64,000 nt of DNA. Source: the human T2T-CHM13v2.0 reference genome, Homo sapiens. Position numbers and translations under genes: made by a program. The notes under the pieces were generated by a model. The model had not been told where the DNA came from. It saw nothing but the letters and a program-made list of their open reading frames with translations, and ran no database searches. The stretch lies in NCBI RefSeq assembly GCF_009914755.1, contig NC_060934.1. One strand, 5' to 3'. Shown here piece by piece: positions 1 to 12,850 of the stretch (within the stretch, counting starts at the first letter, position 1; each line of letters starts with the position of its first letter).

Positions 1-166
1 CTGTAGCATAGATTATCCTTTTAAGTGTTCTACCTTCCAGCTATGCCTGCTATTCATAAATTAAATAATTGAAAGCTGAATGCTTTCTTTGCCCTATTTA
101 TTAAAGGCCTTGCAACAATTTGAATATATGACCTTTCAAACCTCATGATGAAACTTTATTCCTAGA

Positions 167-300
167 ATGGGTATGGTGGCTCATATCTGTAATCCCAGCA
201 CTTTGGGAAGCCAAGGTGGGGAGGATCTCTTGAGGTCAGGAGTGCAAGACCAGCCTAGGATAAAATGTGAGATCCTGTATTTACAAAAAATAAAAATAAA
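167..300 (+). mobile_element. Alu left monomer (FLAM/AluJ-like)
   Basis: GGTGGCTCATATCTGTAATCCCAGCACTTTGGGA...CAAGACCAGCCT followed by an A-rich tail; no right arm. Confidence 0.85.
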
Positions 301-319
301 GGTGAAAAATATTTTAAAA

Positions 320-1010
<691 letters not shown>

Positions 1011-1858
1011 GGGCTTAAGTCAGTAATCTAATTAAGAAGCAAGCTAAACTGAAAGAAAAACCATGTATAAAACTAAATCGGTCTCTAAAATACAACTTTC
1101 TGGCATTTAGCTGGCTATTTTGAAACTCTGGCTGGCTATTTTGTAAAAGGAATTCACATTTATAAAGGAAATCTGCAGTTGTAAGGGCATCTCCCTCTCC
1201 ACACCTAAAGCACTAGAAACTATTACAGTGGGGAAGACAGAAGACATTGGCTTAAAGTTTACATAACAAATCTTATTTTTGTTTAAGATATGTTTCCTGG
1301 CAATCATGTCTTGCCTGGACTTTTGTCTATGCCCTTCTTTGTCTCAGCAGATTGTGGTGTTTAGAGCTAAGTTCTGTGCCTTTATGATGTAAATTTTTAC
1401 CCAAGAGTCATGTCTTGGGAAGTATAAACTTAGGGCTGCCTAGCTAACAATTGTTTAGAGCAATTGAACAGGTAATTAAAAGATGGATACTCTAAGGGGT
1501 GGGGAGATACTATTTGAACACAGGTAAATGAAGAATCTTATAAAGTTATTATGATCGGCTTCCATGTGTCTGTGTGTCTATATGTTTATATGTGTCATGT
1601 GTATATGATATTTCGCTACCAAAATATGGAAAGAAGCTCTAATAATTGGCTTAAAGAAAAGGTAAGCAATTAAATCAAATATTTTATCAGGAAAAATAGA
1701 AACTCACTGAAATGCCTTTTAGTTCATGTGAGTTTAGTAATCTTTGGTAAATATAACTAATTTTTAAGTTGTTAGTAAAATAGAAATGTCTTCAGAATTG
1801 TCGGAATTAAATATAACTCAGATATTTTTACTTGGATCTACTTGTTGGACAGGTTTAG

Positions 1859-2231
<373 letters not shown>

Positions 2232-3516
2232 TTGTCTGTGACTTAATGTCTTAGAGTCATTAGATTCAAGGCTTTAAACAAATGGCCATGGTAAGGCATG
2301 GGGATGTATATGGAGTTCTCTCTGGCCCACCTGTGCCTCCTGGCTATGCTGGGAAAGGTTAGACGTTATCTTCACAACTGTTTTCTCTGTTCTGAGCTCT
2401 ACACTTGGTGTATAAATTTAGGACTCAGATAAGTCCTGACCTTTACAGTCATCCTTGCATGCGACATGTGTACTTGGGACCCATGGTGACTAAGGAAGAG
2501 ATTAGGGAGGGTACCTGTGTCATAGTTTCAAAATTATTTTTATTAATTAAAAATATTAAAGTCATGTTATGTTAAATTAAGTAATAGAAAATCATTAAAT
2601 GTCAGAGTCATTTGTATGGTATAGAAAAGCTAAATATGGTATGGGAAAGCTAAATATAAATATTGATATAAAACAGTTCAAAATTACTTCCTCCTAGTTA
2701 ATATTTGTAACTAAAACTATCAGATATAAGAGAGACAATTCTATATACAGAGTGTGAGAAAGCAAGATGTGTTTTTGGTGAAGAAGTTTATCAAAAAGAC
2801 ATGAGGATGTGGTTTTTGCTAAAGGAAAAGTAATTTTATATAGTGTAGAGGTTAAAGTTTGTTTCATAATGATAAACAAAATCTTATACATAAAAGTAAA
2901 TGGACAAAAAGAAAATAGGTAAAAAGAAGTGGAAAAGCTACGGGACTCATCCCAACAGGGTGAGAATCTTTAGATGGCTGTTAAAAAATTGAATGAATAA
3001 AATAGAAATTGAAAGAGTTAAAACAATAGTCTTAATACAACACTGTTGAAGTTTATGTGAACCAAAGGAAGCCCATCCTGGTTCCCCAATGTTAAAAGGC
3101 CCCAAACCAGTTTGCTGCATTTCTCCTAGGCTGGAGAAATTTTAAAAGCTGTAAGACCAAGATTATAATAAGAAAGCTGACCCAGAATTTCTTACGTAAG
3201 TGCTGAGGCAGGTTAGTCAAGATAAAGATTGACAAAAGGGCCATGGTTACTTGGCTTAAACCTCTGCTATGGGCCCAAAGCCTTTTGTACAAGAGAGAGT
3301 AAAATGATCTGGGGGTGGAGAGAAGTTTTTGAGACTAGAACATAAAAATGTAAGGGTTGAGAGGATTATAAAAGTTGGAATGTTTCAATAGGCTCTATAT
3401 ATGGTAGCTATGTCTCCTTTATGTAAATTTTTTAGATAAAGGCCTGGCACCTTGTTTACATGAGTCTCTTACAAGGTTTTTGACCTTGCAGTTAATTAAA
3501 GAATTTCACTTTCTGA

Positions 3517-4983
3517 ACCAAAAAGGAGCCTGAATAACCAAAGCAATTCTAAACAAAAATAACAAGGCTGGAAGCGTCACATTACCTGACTTGAAATTAT
3601 ACAACATGTCTGTAGTAACCAAAACAACATGGTACTGTTATAAAAATAGACACATAGATCAATGAAACAGAATAGAGAACCCAGAAATAAAGCCACATAC
3701 TTATAATCAGTTGATCTTTTGCAAAGTTAACAGAAACATGCACTGGGGAAAGGATATCCTATTCAATAAATGGTGCTGGGAAAATTAGCTTGCCATATGC
3801 GGAAGAATGAAACTGGACCCATCTCTTACCATATACAATAGTTAACTCAACATTCATTACAGACTTAAATGTGAGTCCTCAAATTAAAAATTTTAGAAGA
3901 AAACATAGGAAAAAGTCTTTTGGACATTGGCCTAGGCAAATAATTCATGACTAAAACCTGAAAAGCAAATGCAACAAAAACAAAAATAAACAAATGGAAC
4001 TTCATTAAACTAAAAAGCTTCTGTGTAGCAAATAAAATAATTAACAGAATATAAAGACAACTTTCAACAAAAGACTAGTATCCAGGATTTACAAGGAACT
4101 CAAACAACTCAACAGGAAAAAACCAACAAACAAGTTAACCCCATTAAAAAGTGGGCAAAGGATATGAACAGATATTTTCAAAAGAGGACATACAAATGGC
4201 CAAGAAGTGTACAAAAAAATGTTCAACATCACTAATCATCAGAGAAACACAAATGAAAACCACAGTAAGATGCCATGTCATATCAGTCAGAATGGCTATT
4301 ATTAAAAAGTCAAAAAACAACAAATGTTGGTGAAGATGTGGAGAAAAGGGAATGTTTACACCCTGCTGGTGGGAATGTAAATTAGTCCAGCCTCTGTGGA
4401 AAGTAGTATGGAGATTTCTCAAAGAACTAAAAATTGAACTACCATTCAATCCAGCAATCTCACTATTGCATGTGTACCTAAAGAAAAAGAAATCATTATA
4501 TCAAAAAGATGCCTGCACTCATATGTTTATCACAGCACTATACACAACAACAAAGATATGGAGTCAACCTATGTGTCCATCAATGGAGGACTGAAGAAAA
4601 TATTATATAAAATATATATACACACACACACACACATTGTACTACTCAGCCATAAAAACAATGAAATAACATCTTTTGCAACAACATGGATGAAACTGGA
4701 GGCCATTATCCTCAGTGAAATAACTTAGAAATACTCAAATACCACATGTTCTCACTTATAAATGAGAGCTAAATAATGCATACACATGGACATAGAGAGT
4801 GGGATAATAGACACTAGAGACTTGGAAGACTGGGAGGGTGAGAGGGGAGTGAGGAATGAGAAATTACCTAATGGGTACACTGTACACTATACAAATGATG
4901 ATTATGTTAAAAGCCTAGATTTCACCACTACACAGTATATCAATGCAATAAACTGCATTCATATCCCCCAAATCTGTATAAAC
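3517..4983 (+). mobile_element. 5'-truncated L1 (L1PB-like): ORF2 3' part plus 3'UTR
   Basis: ORF2 C-terminal remnants ([13 protein letters not shown]); L1PB-type 3'UTR (AAAAGCCTAGATTTCACCACTACAC); 19-bp TSD AAAGAAT(T/G)TCACTTTCTGA at 3498-3516 and 4984-5002. Confidence 0.9.
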
Positions 4984-5238
4984 AAAGAATGTCACTTTCT
5001 GACAGGCCCAGGAACCTCAAGATATTTCTGGACCTTAAGAAGAGAGGAATTCACTCAATTCATACAATTATAAGCATGGTCTGATGATACAACCTTGGCT
5101 TGGCTTCCTAGTCTCAAGGCTTTTGACAGTCTAATCTAAAATCCTTAAGAAAGTTTCAGCAAAGCCAACACAAAAAAGTTTGATATGGTCAATCACTATT
5201 CTTGCTGCACTTTATGCAAATAATCAGGCCAAATTATT

Positions 5239-5483
5239 ATTATTATTAATTATTATTTTTTTGAGATGGAGTCTCGCTCTGTCGCTAGGCTGGAATGCAG
5301 TGGCGATCTCGGCTCACTGCAACCTCTGACCCCCTGGTTCAAGTGATTCTCCTCCCTCAGCCTCCAAAGTAATGGGATTACAGGCACCCACCACCCCCAG
5401 CTAATTTTTGAATTTTTAATAGAGACGGGGTTTCACCATGTTGGCCAGAATGGTCTCGATCTCCTGACCTCGTGGATCCACCC
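5239..5483 (-). mobile_element. 5'-truncated AluS with (TAA)n tail
   Basis: Reverse Alu missing about the first 50 nt; perfect TSD ATAATCAGGCCAAATTATT at 5220-5238 and 5484-5502. Confidence 0.9.
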
Positions 5484-5774
5484 ATAATCAGGCCAAATTA
5501 TTTTGGAAAAAAATTGATCTATGATTTCTCTTTGGTAGAAAAGGGGGACTGGAGAAGGAAAAATTATGTTTCAGAATAAAACTATAGCCTACCAGTTATT
5601 AGATTTCAGCCCTAACCATTATTTTTGAGTTTTTATTGTTTTCCTACAATTTAGACTGACTCCTGAATTATTTCCTGGCTATACAAAGAAAAAACAATCA
5701 AGCTTTAGTTTTCTTCATGATATTTTCAGTTGGCTCCCTAATAGAATAGGTTCTTTTAAAAATTCTGAGGCATG

Positions 5775-6001
5775 AATAGCTGCACATAATTTTACCCTAA
5801 AAGCTTGCTATATAATGGATAGTTTCTAAGGGACAGGTGCTGGACCCACCATCTCTCGGCCACCAAAGACATTGCTGTTGTTTATAAGTAACTAAGAAAT
5901 GTTTCTTTCTGAGGAACTGGATTTGTCAGCCTCTTTCTTTAGCCTCTCAGCTACCTCAGACTTTGGGGGTAGGCTTGCATATACCTGCTCACAATGAAAC
6001 A
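5775..6001 (+). mobile_element. ERV1-type LTR, 3' portion
   Basis: GAAATGTTTCTTTCTGAGGAACTGGATTTGTCAGCCTCTTTC...CTTTGGGGGTAGGCTTGCATATACCTGCTCAC...GAAACA ending in CA. Confidence 0.7.
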
Positions 6002-8200
6002 CTTTCCCGCTAAAATCTGGAACAAAACAAGAATTCCCGCATTCACCACTTTTATTAAACATAGTACCGGAAGTCACAGCTAGAGCAATTAGGCAAGAGA
6101 AAGAAATAAAGGGCATCCAAGTTGTAAAGAAAGAAGTCAAATTATTCTTATTCCAGGTGACATGACCTTGTATGTAGAAAAACCTAAAGGCTCCACCAAA
6201 AAAACTCTTAGAACAGATAAATGAATGAATTCATTAACATTGCAGGATACAAAATCAACATAAAAATCAATAGCATTTCTATATGCTAACAATGATCAAT
6301 CTGAAAAATAAATCAAGAAAGCAATCTCACTTACAGTAGCTATGAAAGAAAAAATTTACCTAGGAATAAATTTAACCAAAGAGATGAAAGATCCCTTGAA
6401 GGGAAACTATAAAACACTTATGAAAGAAATTGAAGATAACACAAAAATTGGAAAGATATCCCATGTTCATGGATTGGAAGAATATTGTTAAAATGTCTAC
6501 ACTACCCAAAGCAATCAACATATTCAATTCAATCCCTATCAAAATATCAATGATATCTTCATGAAAATAGGAAAAAATCCTAAAATTCAAAAGAAATTAC
6601 AAAAGACCTTGAGTAGCTAAAGTAAACCTGTGTAAAAAGAATAAAGCTGGAGGAATCACACTCTCTGATTTCAAATTATACTACAAAGCTGTTATAACCA
6701 AAACAGCATGACACTGGCATAAAAACAGAAACATAGGCCAATGGAACAGAATAGAGAACCTAGAAATAAATCCATGCACTTACAGCCAATTCATTTTTTA
6801 CGAAGGTACCTAGAACATACATTGGGAAAAGGACAGTCGTTTTAGTAAATGTTGCTGGAAAACTGGATAGCCACATAAAGAAGAATGAAACTAGATATCT
6901 GTCTTTCCCCATGTACAAAAATCAACTCAAAATGGATTAAATACTTAAATATAAGACCTGAAACTACGAAACTACTAGAAGGAAATATTGGGGAAATGTT
7001 ATAAGACATTGGTCTGGCCAATTTTTTTTTAAGACCTCAAAGGCACAGACAACAAAAAGCAGAAATAGACAAATATGATTAAATCAAGCTAAAAAGTTTC
7101 TGCACAGTGAAGGAAACAAAAAGTGAAGGGACTTACAGACTGGGAAAAAATATGTGCAAAGCATCCATCTGACAAGGGATTAATCATCAAAATGTATAAG
7201 GGACTCAAGTCAATAGCAAAAAAACAAATGATTCGATTTAAAAAATGGGCAAAAGACCTGAATAGATATTTCTCAAAAGAAGACATAGAAATGGCTGACA
7301 GGTATATACAAAAATGTTCATCATCACTAATCATTAGGGAAAAGTAAATCAAAACCACAACGAGATATCACCTCATCCTATTTAGAATGATTATCCAAAA
7401 GACAAAAAATATTAAATGCTGATAAGGATGAAGAGAAAGGAATGGTCAGGTGAGAATGTAAAGTAGTACAGTCATTATGAAAAACAGTAGGGAGGTTACT
7501 CAAAAAATTAAAAATAGAACTACTTTATGATCCAGCATTCCCACTGCTGGGTATATGTCCAAAAGAAAGGAAATGAATATACTGAAGAGATATCTGCACT
7601 CCCACGCTTATTGCAGCACTATTCACAACAGCTAAGATGTGAAATCTGCCTGTGTCCATCAACAGATGGATGTATTAAAAATGTGGTACATATACACAGT
7701 GGAATATTAGCCATAGGAAGAATGAAATCCCATCATTTGTGGCAACATTGTGGGAACTGGAGGACATTAAGTGAAATAAGTCAGGCACAGAAAGACAAAT
7801 AGTACTTTTTCTCACTCATATGTGGAGCTAAAAAAGTGGATTTTATGGAGGTGGAGAGTGGACTGGTGGTTACTAGAAGCTGGGAAGGGAGTGGGGGGAT
7901 CAAGAGAAGCTGGTTGATGAGTACAAAAATATTGTTAGACAGAAGGAGTAAGGTATAATATTCGATAGTAGAGAAATTGTAGTTAACACTAATTTTTTTG
8001 TATATTTCAAAAGAGATAGAAGAATTAGGTTTCCAACACAAAGAGAAACATTTAAAGTGATGGATATACTATTTACCCTGATTTGATCATTACATGTTGT
8101 ATACACGTATCAGAAAATTACATGTACCCTCAAAATACGTACAACTATGATATATCAATAAAAATACATAAAAATAAATAACTAAATAAAAAATAAAAAA
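6002..8200 (+). mobile_element. L1MA-type element, 3' 2.2 kb
   Basis: Starts in the ORF2 RT region, continues through the C-terminus and L1MA-type 3'UTR (TACCCTGATTTGATCATTACA) to an A-rich tail. Confidence 0.9.
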
Positions 8201-8706
8201 CTCCACATTAGCACTTATATTTAAAATACTCCACCTAAAGGACAACTTAAAAAGAAAAAGTGTAACCGTTTCAAAATACCAAAGCAGTCAGTGATTTTAG
8301 GAACTATGGGAGGCAGCTTTTTATCAGATAAGACTAAGAGAATATTGCTGGTAGATGTATTAAGGTACTTCAGCCCTGCACCCAGTGTTCCTATGTATTT
8401 GTCTGTGGTTATTATTCAACAGCAGGTTATACATCTATAAAACTTGTTTCAAGTTATTAAATAAACTAAAAGAAAATTTTCAGTTGACATAAAAGTTATA
8501 AAGCATGCTGAGTTTTTTTGCTATGTTCTTTATCCTTAAATAGAATTTAATTCCCCACTTATTAGTGTTTGTCCTATATGGTGACAAATCTACAATAATG
8601 TAATAGTATTTGCTGTTTGGTTTATTTATAATATAAAGTTATAGAAATATAACTTTATTTTATATACATTTATATTATTTTTACTAAGTATTCATAAATT
8701 GTTTTA

Positions 8707-8997
8707 TTTATTTTTGAGACAGAGTCTTGCTCTGTTGCCTAGGCTGGAGTGCAGTGATGCAATCTCGGCTCACTGCAACCTCTGCCTGCCGGGTTAAAGT
8801 GATTCTCCTGCCTCAGCCTCCCAAGTACCTGGGACTACAGCTGTGTGCCACCGTGCCTGGCTAATTTTTGTATTTTTAGTAGAGGCAGGGTTTCACCATG
8901 TTGGCCAGGCTGGTCTCGAACTCCGGACCTCAAGTGATCCATCCACCTGGGCCTCCCAAAGTGCTGTGATTACAGGTGTGAGGCACCATGCCCAGCC
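8707..8997 (-). mobile_element. AluSx/Sz
   Basis: Full reverse Alu with GACCTCAAGTGATCC; TSD-like ATAAA(T/C)TGTTTTA at 8694-8706 and 8999-9011. Confidence 0.92.
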
Positions 8998-9269
8998 TAT
9001 AAACTGTTTTAGATAAATTATGCCTGTTCATTTGGCATTTTGCAGGTGCTCATGCAAAAAATATATCAAATCCAGCAGGTAGATGATTTCAGTGACATTT
9101 CTATTATTTGAAGAATATTGTTATTACAAAAATACTGTTTTCATAATCACCTCTGAAAACTTCCATTTAAACATTAAACATAATTTATTTAAACATTTTA
9201 ATACCTGCACTACACTTTAGACCACTTAAAAATAATAAACGTTCTATATTTTCTGTTTGTCATTTTTCT

Positions 9270-9665
9270 CCTTTATGTTAAGATTTTGTTAAATTATTTT
9301 CCCTAGGTGCTTCATAGTTTTGGATGTTAACATAAATGGTACTTAAATTTTTTTTTGTAGCCTCTTTTTTCATTGCTGTGTTGAAACGCAATAGATTTTT
9401 TGTCTGGTATTATATCTGCTAAATTCCAGTTCAAATAATGTGTCTGTAGATTAGTATAAGTTATCTCTATATATCATGTCATCTATGATAATTACAGATT
9501 TGTTTTCTTTTTCTACCCACGTGGTTTAATTTTTATTCTTGTCTTGCTGGCTATGACTTCAGAACAGTGTTGAATTGGTGGTAACAGACAACTTGGTCTT
9601 CTTCCTGACCTTGAGGGAAACATGTTCAATATTTCCCCACAAAGTATGATGTGTGCTGTAAAATG
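9270..9665 (-). mobile_element. Old L1M ORF2 fragment
   Basis: Degenerate reverse ORF2 motifs (CAGTGTTGAAT...CTTCCTGACCTTGAGGGAAA...AAGTATGATGT). Confidence 0.6.
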
Positions 9666-11344
9666 TTTACCTTATAATTGTTCAACCTATTGACATTCTG
9701 AGATGGAAGGGTCTCCAGGGTCCCAGAACTAGAAGAGAAGGCTAGCAGTATGGCTGCTACCCAAGATTAAGTGGCAATAGGCACTCTCATGGGGTCAGGA
9801 AGAACAAAAAAGCCTGACATTAGAGTAAATGGGTCAGTGGGGGTGTTGATAAGATGTTGAAAGATGATAGAAGGGAAAGCAGGCAGTGAGAGGCAGGGAC
9901 AGGGACTGTTGGGTCACTCTCACCAATCCCAGGATTAGTCTTGGCAGGAAACCTCGATGCCTGGACAGGAGTTCCTATACCTCTGCAGAGGATACAGAGA
10001 TAGGATGATTAGCACAAGGGGCCATTCCTCATTTCTGCCCACATCAGATTCTGAATCTGTCCTGTTTATTTCAATTATACCAAATGTGAAATAATCATTG
10101 AACTTTCTTTGGGGTTGCCAGGCTGGCTTTCCTGGCAGATAGTGGGAGGTAGATGACCGCACACCCCAAATTGTCAAAACTGAGCACACTTCTCCATGAG
10201 CACAAGGGTTTCAGAGATTCAAGAACCATTCTAACCATTGGGAGTAAAGGAGACTAGTACATGACTTTCATTTTCTTTAGACCTGTTTTAGAGTTTTAGA
10301 ATATGTTTTTGTTTTTATTTTCTTGTAAGACGTTAAGAAATTTTAGACAAATCTAAAATCCCTCTGATACATCCTCCCTGATCCCTTTCTCCTCTCACTC
10401 TACTCCTCAGAGGAAACCACCAAACCACGATCATTAGTTTGTTGTATCTCCTTCCAGATGTTTCAGTGAATTTGTACTCATATGACTACAGAAAATATAT
10501 AGTGTTATTGTGTGTGTGTGTTGAATACTATCACATTAAAGTTACATTTTCCCTGTTTACCTTTTGGAGTGTCAGTTTCCTCAAAAGGTATTTTTAGAGA
10601 AAATGTTGCAAGAACCACAGTGAAACACTTTTCTCTGGAAACGTTTGTCAGGGATGATAATGAACATGGAGGAGGAAGATGCTAATGCCATTGAAACTCA
10701 AGACTAAGAAAATTGAAAAAGGCTTAATTTATAGTGGGAACTGCATGGCAGAGAAAAGAAAAACAGCTGCCCTGAATTTCATCCATCCTTGCCCAATTCC
10801 CACAGGACACCCACACATCTTAGCAACAAGGAGTGCAAGTGAGGGCTCTGGTTGGCATCAAAATGTCTATTGTTTCCTCTCCTTAAGATAAAATCTGAAT
10901 GAAGAGGCTAAATGAGTTTCCTTTAAGCATGGAAAGGCTCTTGTTCCATTGCGATAGGACTGCTGCGAAGATGAGGGATGAATATGAGGTGTGTGTTTTA
11001 AGGACTCTGCTTCCAATTATTATCATTCCTTTATTGTTGAGAAGCAGTGTCTGTATTAGAAGGATCAGGGACTGAATACTCTTCAGAAATTCATTATACT
11101 CAGCAGCCACTTTTTAACCTTTGCCTGTGAGTGATTTTTGTAATGCACTCATAGTGGACGATTTTTAAATTCTAAAGGTGAATGAAATGGCATTGTCAAA
11201 GTGGTAATGTCTATGGTGATGAGAACACTAGTGCCTGGAAATTGAGTTCTTCAAGGGAGGGATATCATGGGAAGAGTTAGAAAGAATTGTGTCTTGATTT
11301 CCAATATATTAATTTATTCAAAGAGCTTCATCTACTTATATATC

Positions 11345-11505
11345 AGAATCACAGAATATTAGATTCAAAAAGACATTAGAAATAATCCAGCTATTGAAAT
11401 AAATTTTATGGAGATAACAAGAGAGGCAGACAGACCACATGAACAGTCCAAGGTCACACAGCTAGTTCGTGGAAAGAACAAGAAAAATCCAGGCTTCCTG
11501 AACTG
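11345..11505 (-). mobile_element. MIR fragment
   Basis: CCAAGGTCACACAGCTAGT MIR core. Confidence 0.65.
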
Positions 11506-11649
11506 AGATGGGTGCAATGGGTGTTCTCTGCAGTGTGTTGCCTCCTTAATTTGGCCATGTATCGATCCATGTATTGATTGAAGAATTCCCATAGAATGAA
11601 GCTTTTGAGAGATGGTATGGGGTAGAGGAAGGGACATTAGTTATGGGAT

Positions 11650-11815
11650 TAGATGCTTGAATTTGAATTGTGAATCTGTCACCTGTGACTGTAGGTAAAT
11701 CCCTTTACTGGCCAACCTTAGTTTGACTACCTGAAATCTTATCTTGCAGGGGTCTTGGGAGAACTAAATAAAACTCCAGGAAAGTGCCAACACAGAGCCC
11801 AGCACAGTGAAGGCT
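11650..11815 (+). mobile_element. MIR fragment
   Basis: Degenerate MIR (TTGAAT...TGTGAC...CTTAGTTT...AAAGTGC...GCACAGTGAAGGCTC). Confidence 0.5.
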
Positions 11816-11907
11816 CTTGAAAAACTATAATTTCCATCTTCTCTGTTTAAAAATATGTCAAAAGGGAAGAAATAAAGGAACAGAAAAAAAAGTGAAACCT
11901 AGAAATA

Positions 11908-12243
11908 TAGTCATGTGCAGCATAGTGACAATTTTTTCAGTGACAGGACTGCATATAGGACAGTGGTCCCATAAGATTATTATACCATTTTTTAATTGGA
12001 CCTTTTCTATGTTTAGATACACAAATACTTACCATTGTGTTACAATTGCCTACAGTATTCAGTATAGTAACATGTTGTACAGGTTTATAGCCTAGGAGCA
12101 ACAGGTCAAACCATATAGCCTAAGGATGCAGCAGGCTATACCATTTAGGTCTGTGTTAAGTTCACCCTGTGAAGTTCATGTAATGAAAAATCACCTAATC
12201 ATGTTTCTCAGAACATATCCCTATCATTAAGTGACACATGACT
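11908..12243 (+). mobile_element. Tigger3a-type (TcMar-Tigger) non-autonomous DNA transposon
   Basis: TIRs AGTCATGTGCAGCATA / TTAAGTGACACATGACT; internal GGTCCCATAAGATTAT and TAGCCTAGGAGCAA motifs. Confidence 0.85.
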
Positions 12244-12719
12244 TCAATTCTTATTGGAAATATCTCTGATCTTGGGATATCTATATTTTTCTTTTTTTCT
12301 TCCTTTCCTAATCTACTAATTGAAGTCACCAACAGTAACTCCAGTTGTGCCTCATCTGCAAAGTGACCTTGGGAACTCTGGCTTGCCAGGGAAGGCTGCG
12401 AGGGGTCTAATTTTATACAATGACCCAAGAAATGGTGAAGAAAGCTCTAGAACTTGTGTTTGGGCCCTGAATCACTTAGATCCAGGGATTCAGAGGGAGA
12501 GAAGGTAAAGGTCATCTCTGATTTCTTAGGAACCGCCCTCAGTGCACAGGAAACTCATTTTGAAAATGCAGAAAAATAGTTATTGTGTTTTTCCCAAGGG
12601 TGATTATTTGTTGTGGGTATAAAGGTGTGGTTTTTCGTGTGCTACTTGCTGGGGACATCAAAATGCCCCCTGATTGATCCCAGCTCCTGCAGGTTTGATG
12701 CATGATGCAGGTTTGACCA

Positions 12720-12850
12720 TGTTTAAACCTGCCCTCTACTAGCTGTTTGGGAGTCAAGGATAAACAAGCTACATTCTCACATTTGGAGAAAATGGTCTCA
12801 ATCCTTGATAGAAGGGCTGTGAGAAACCAAGCTAGAAAATCAATATGAAA
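12720..12850 (+). mobile_element. MIR fragment
   Basis: GTTTAAACC...ACTAGCTGT...GGGCTGTGAGAA. Confidence 0.45.
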
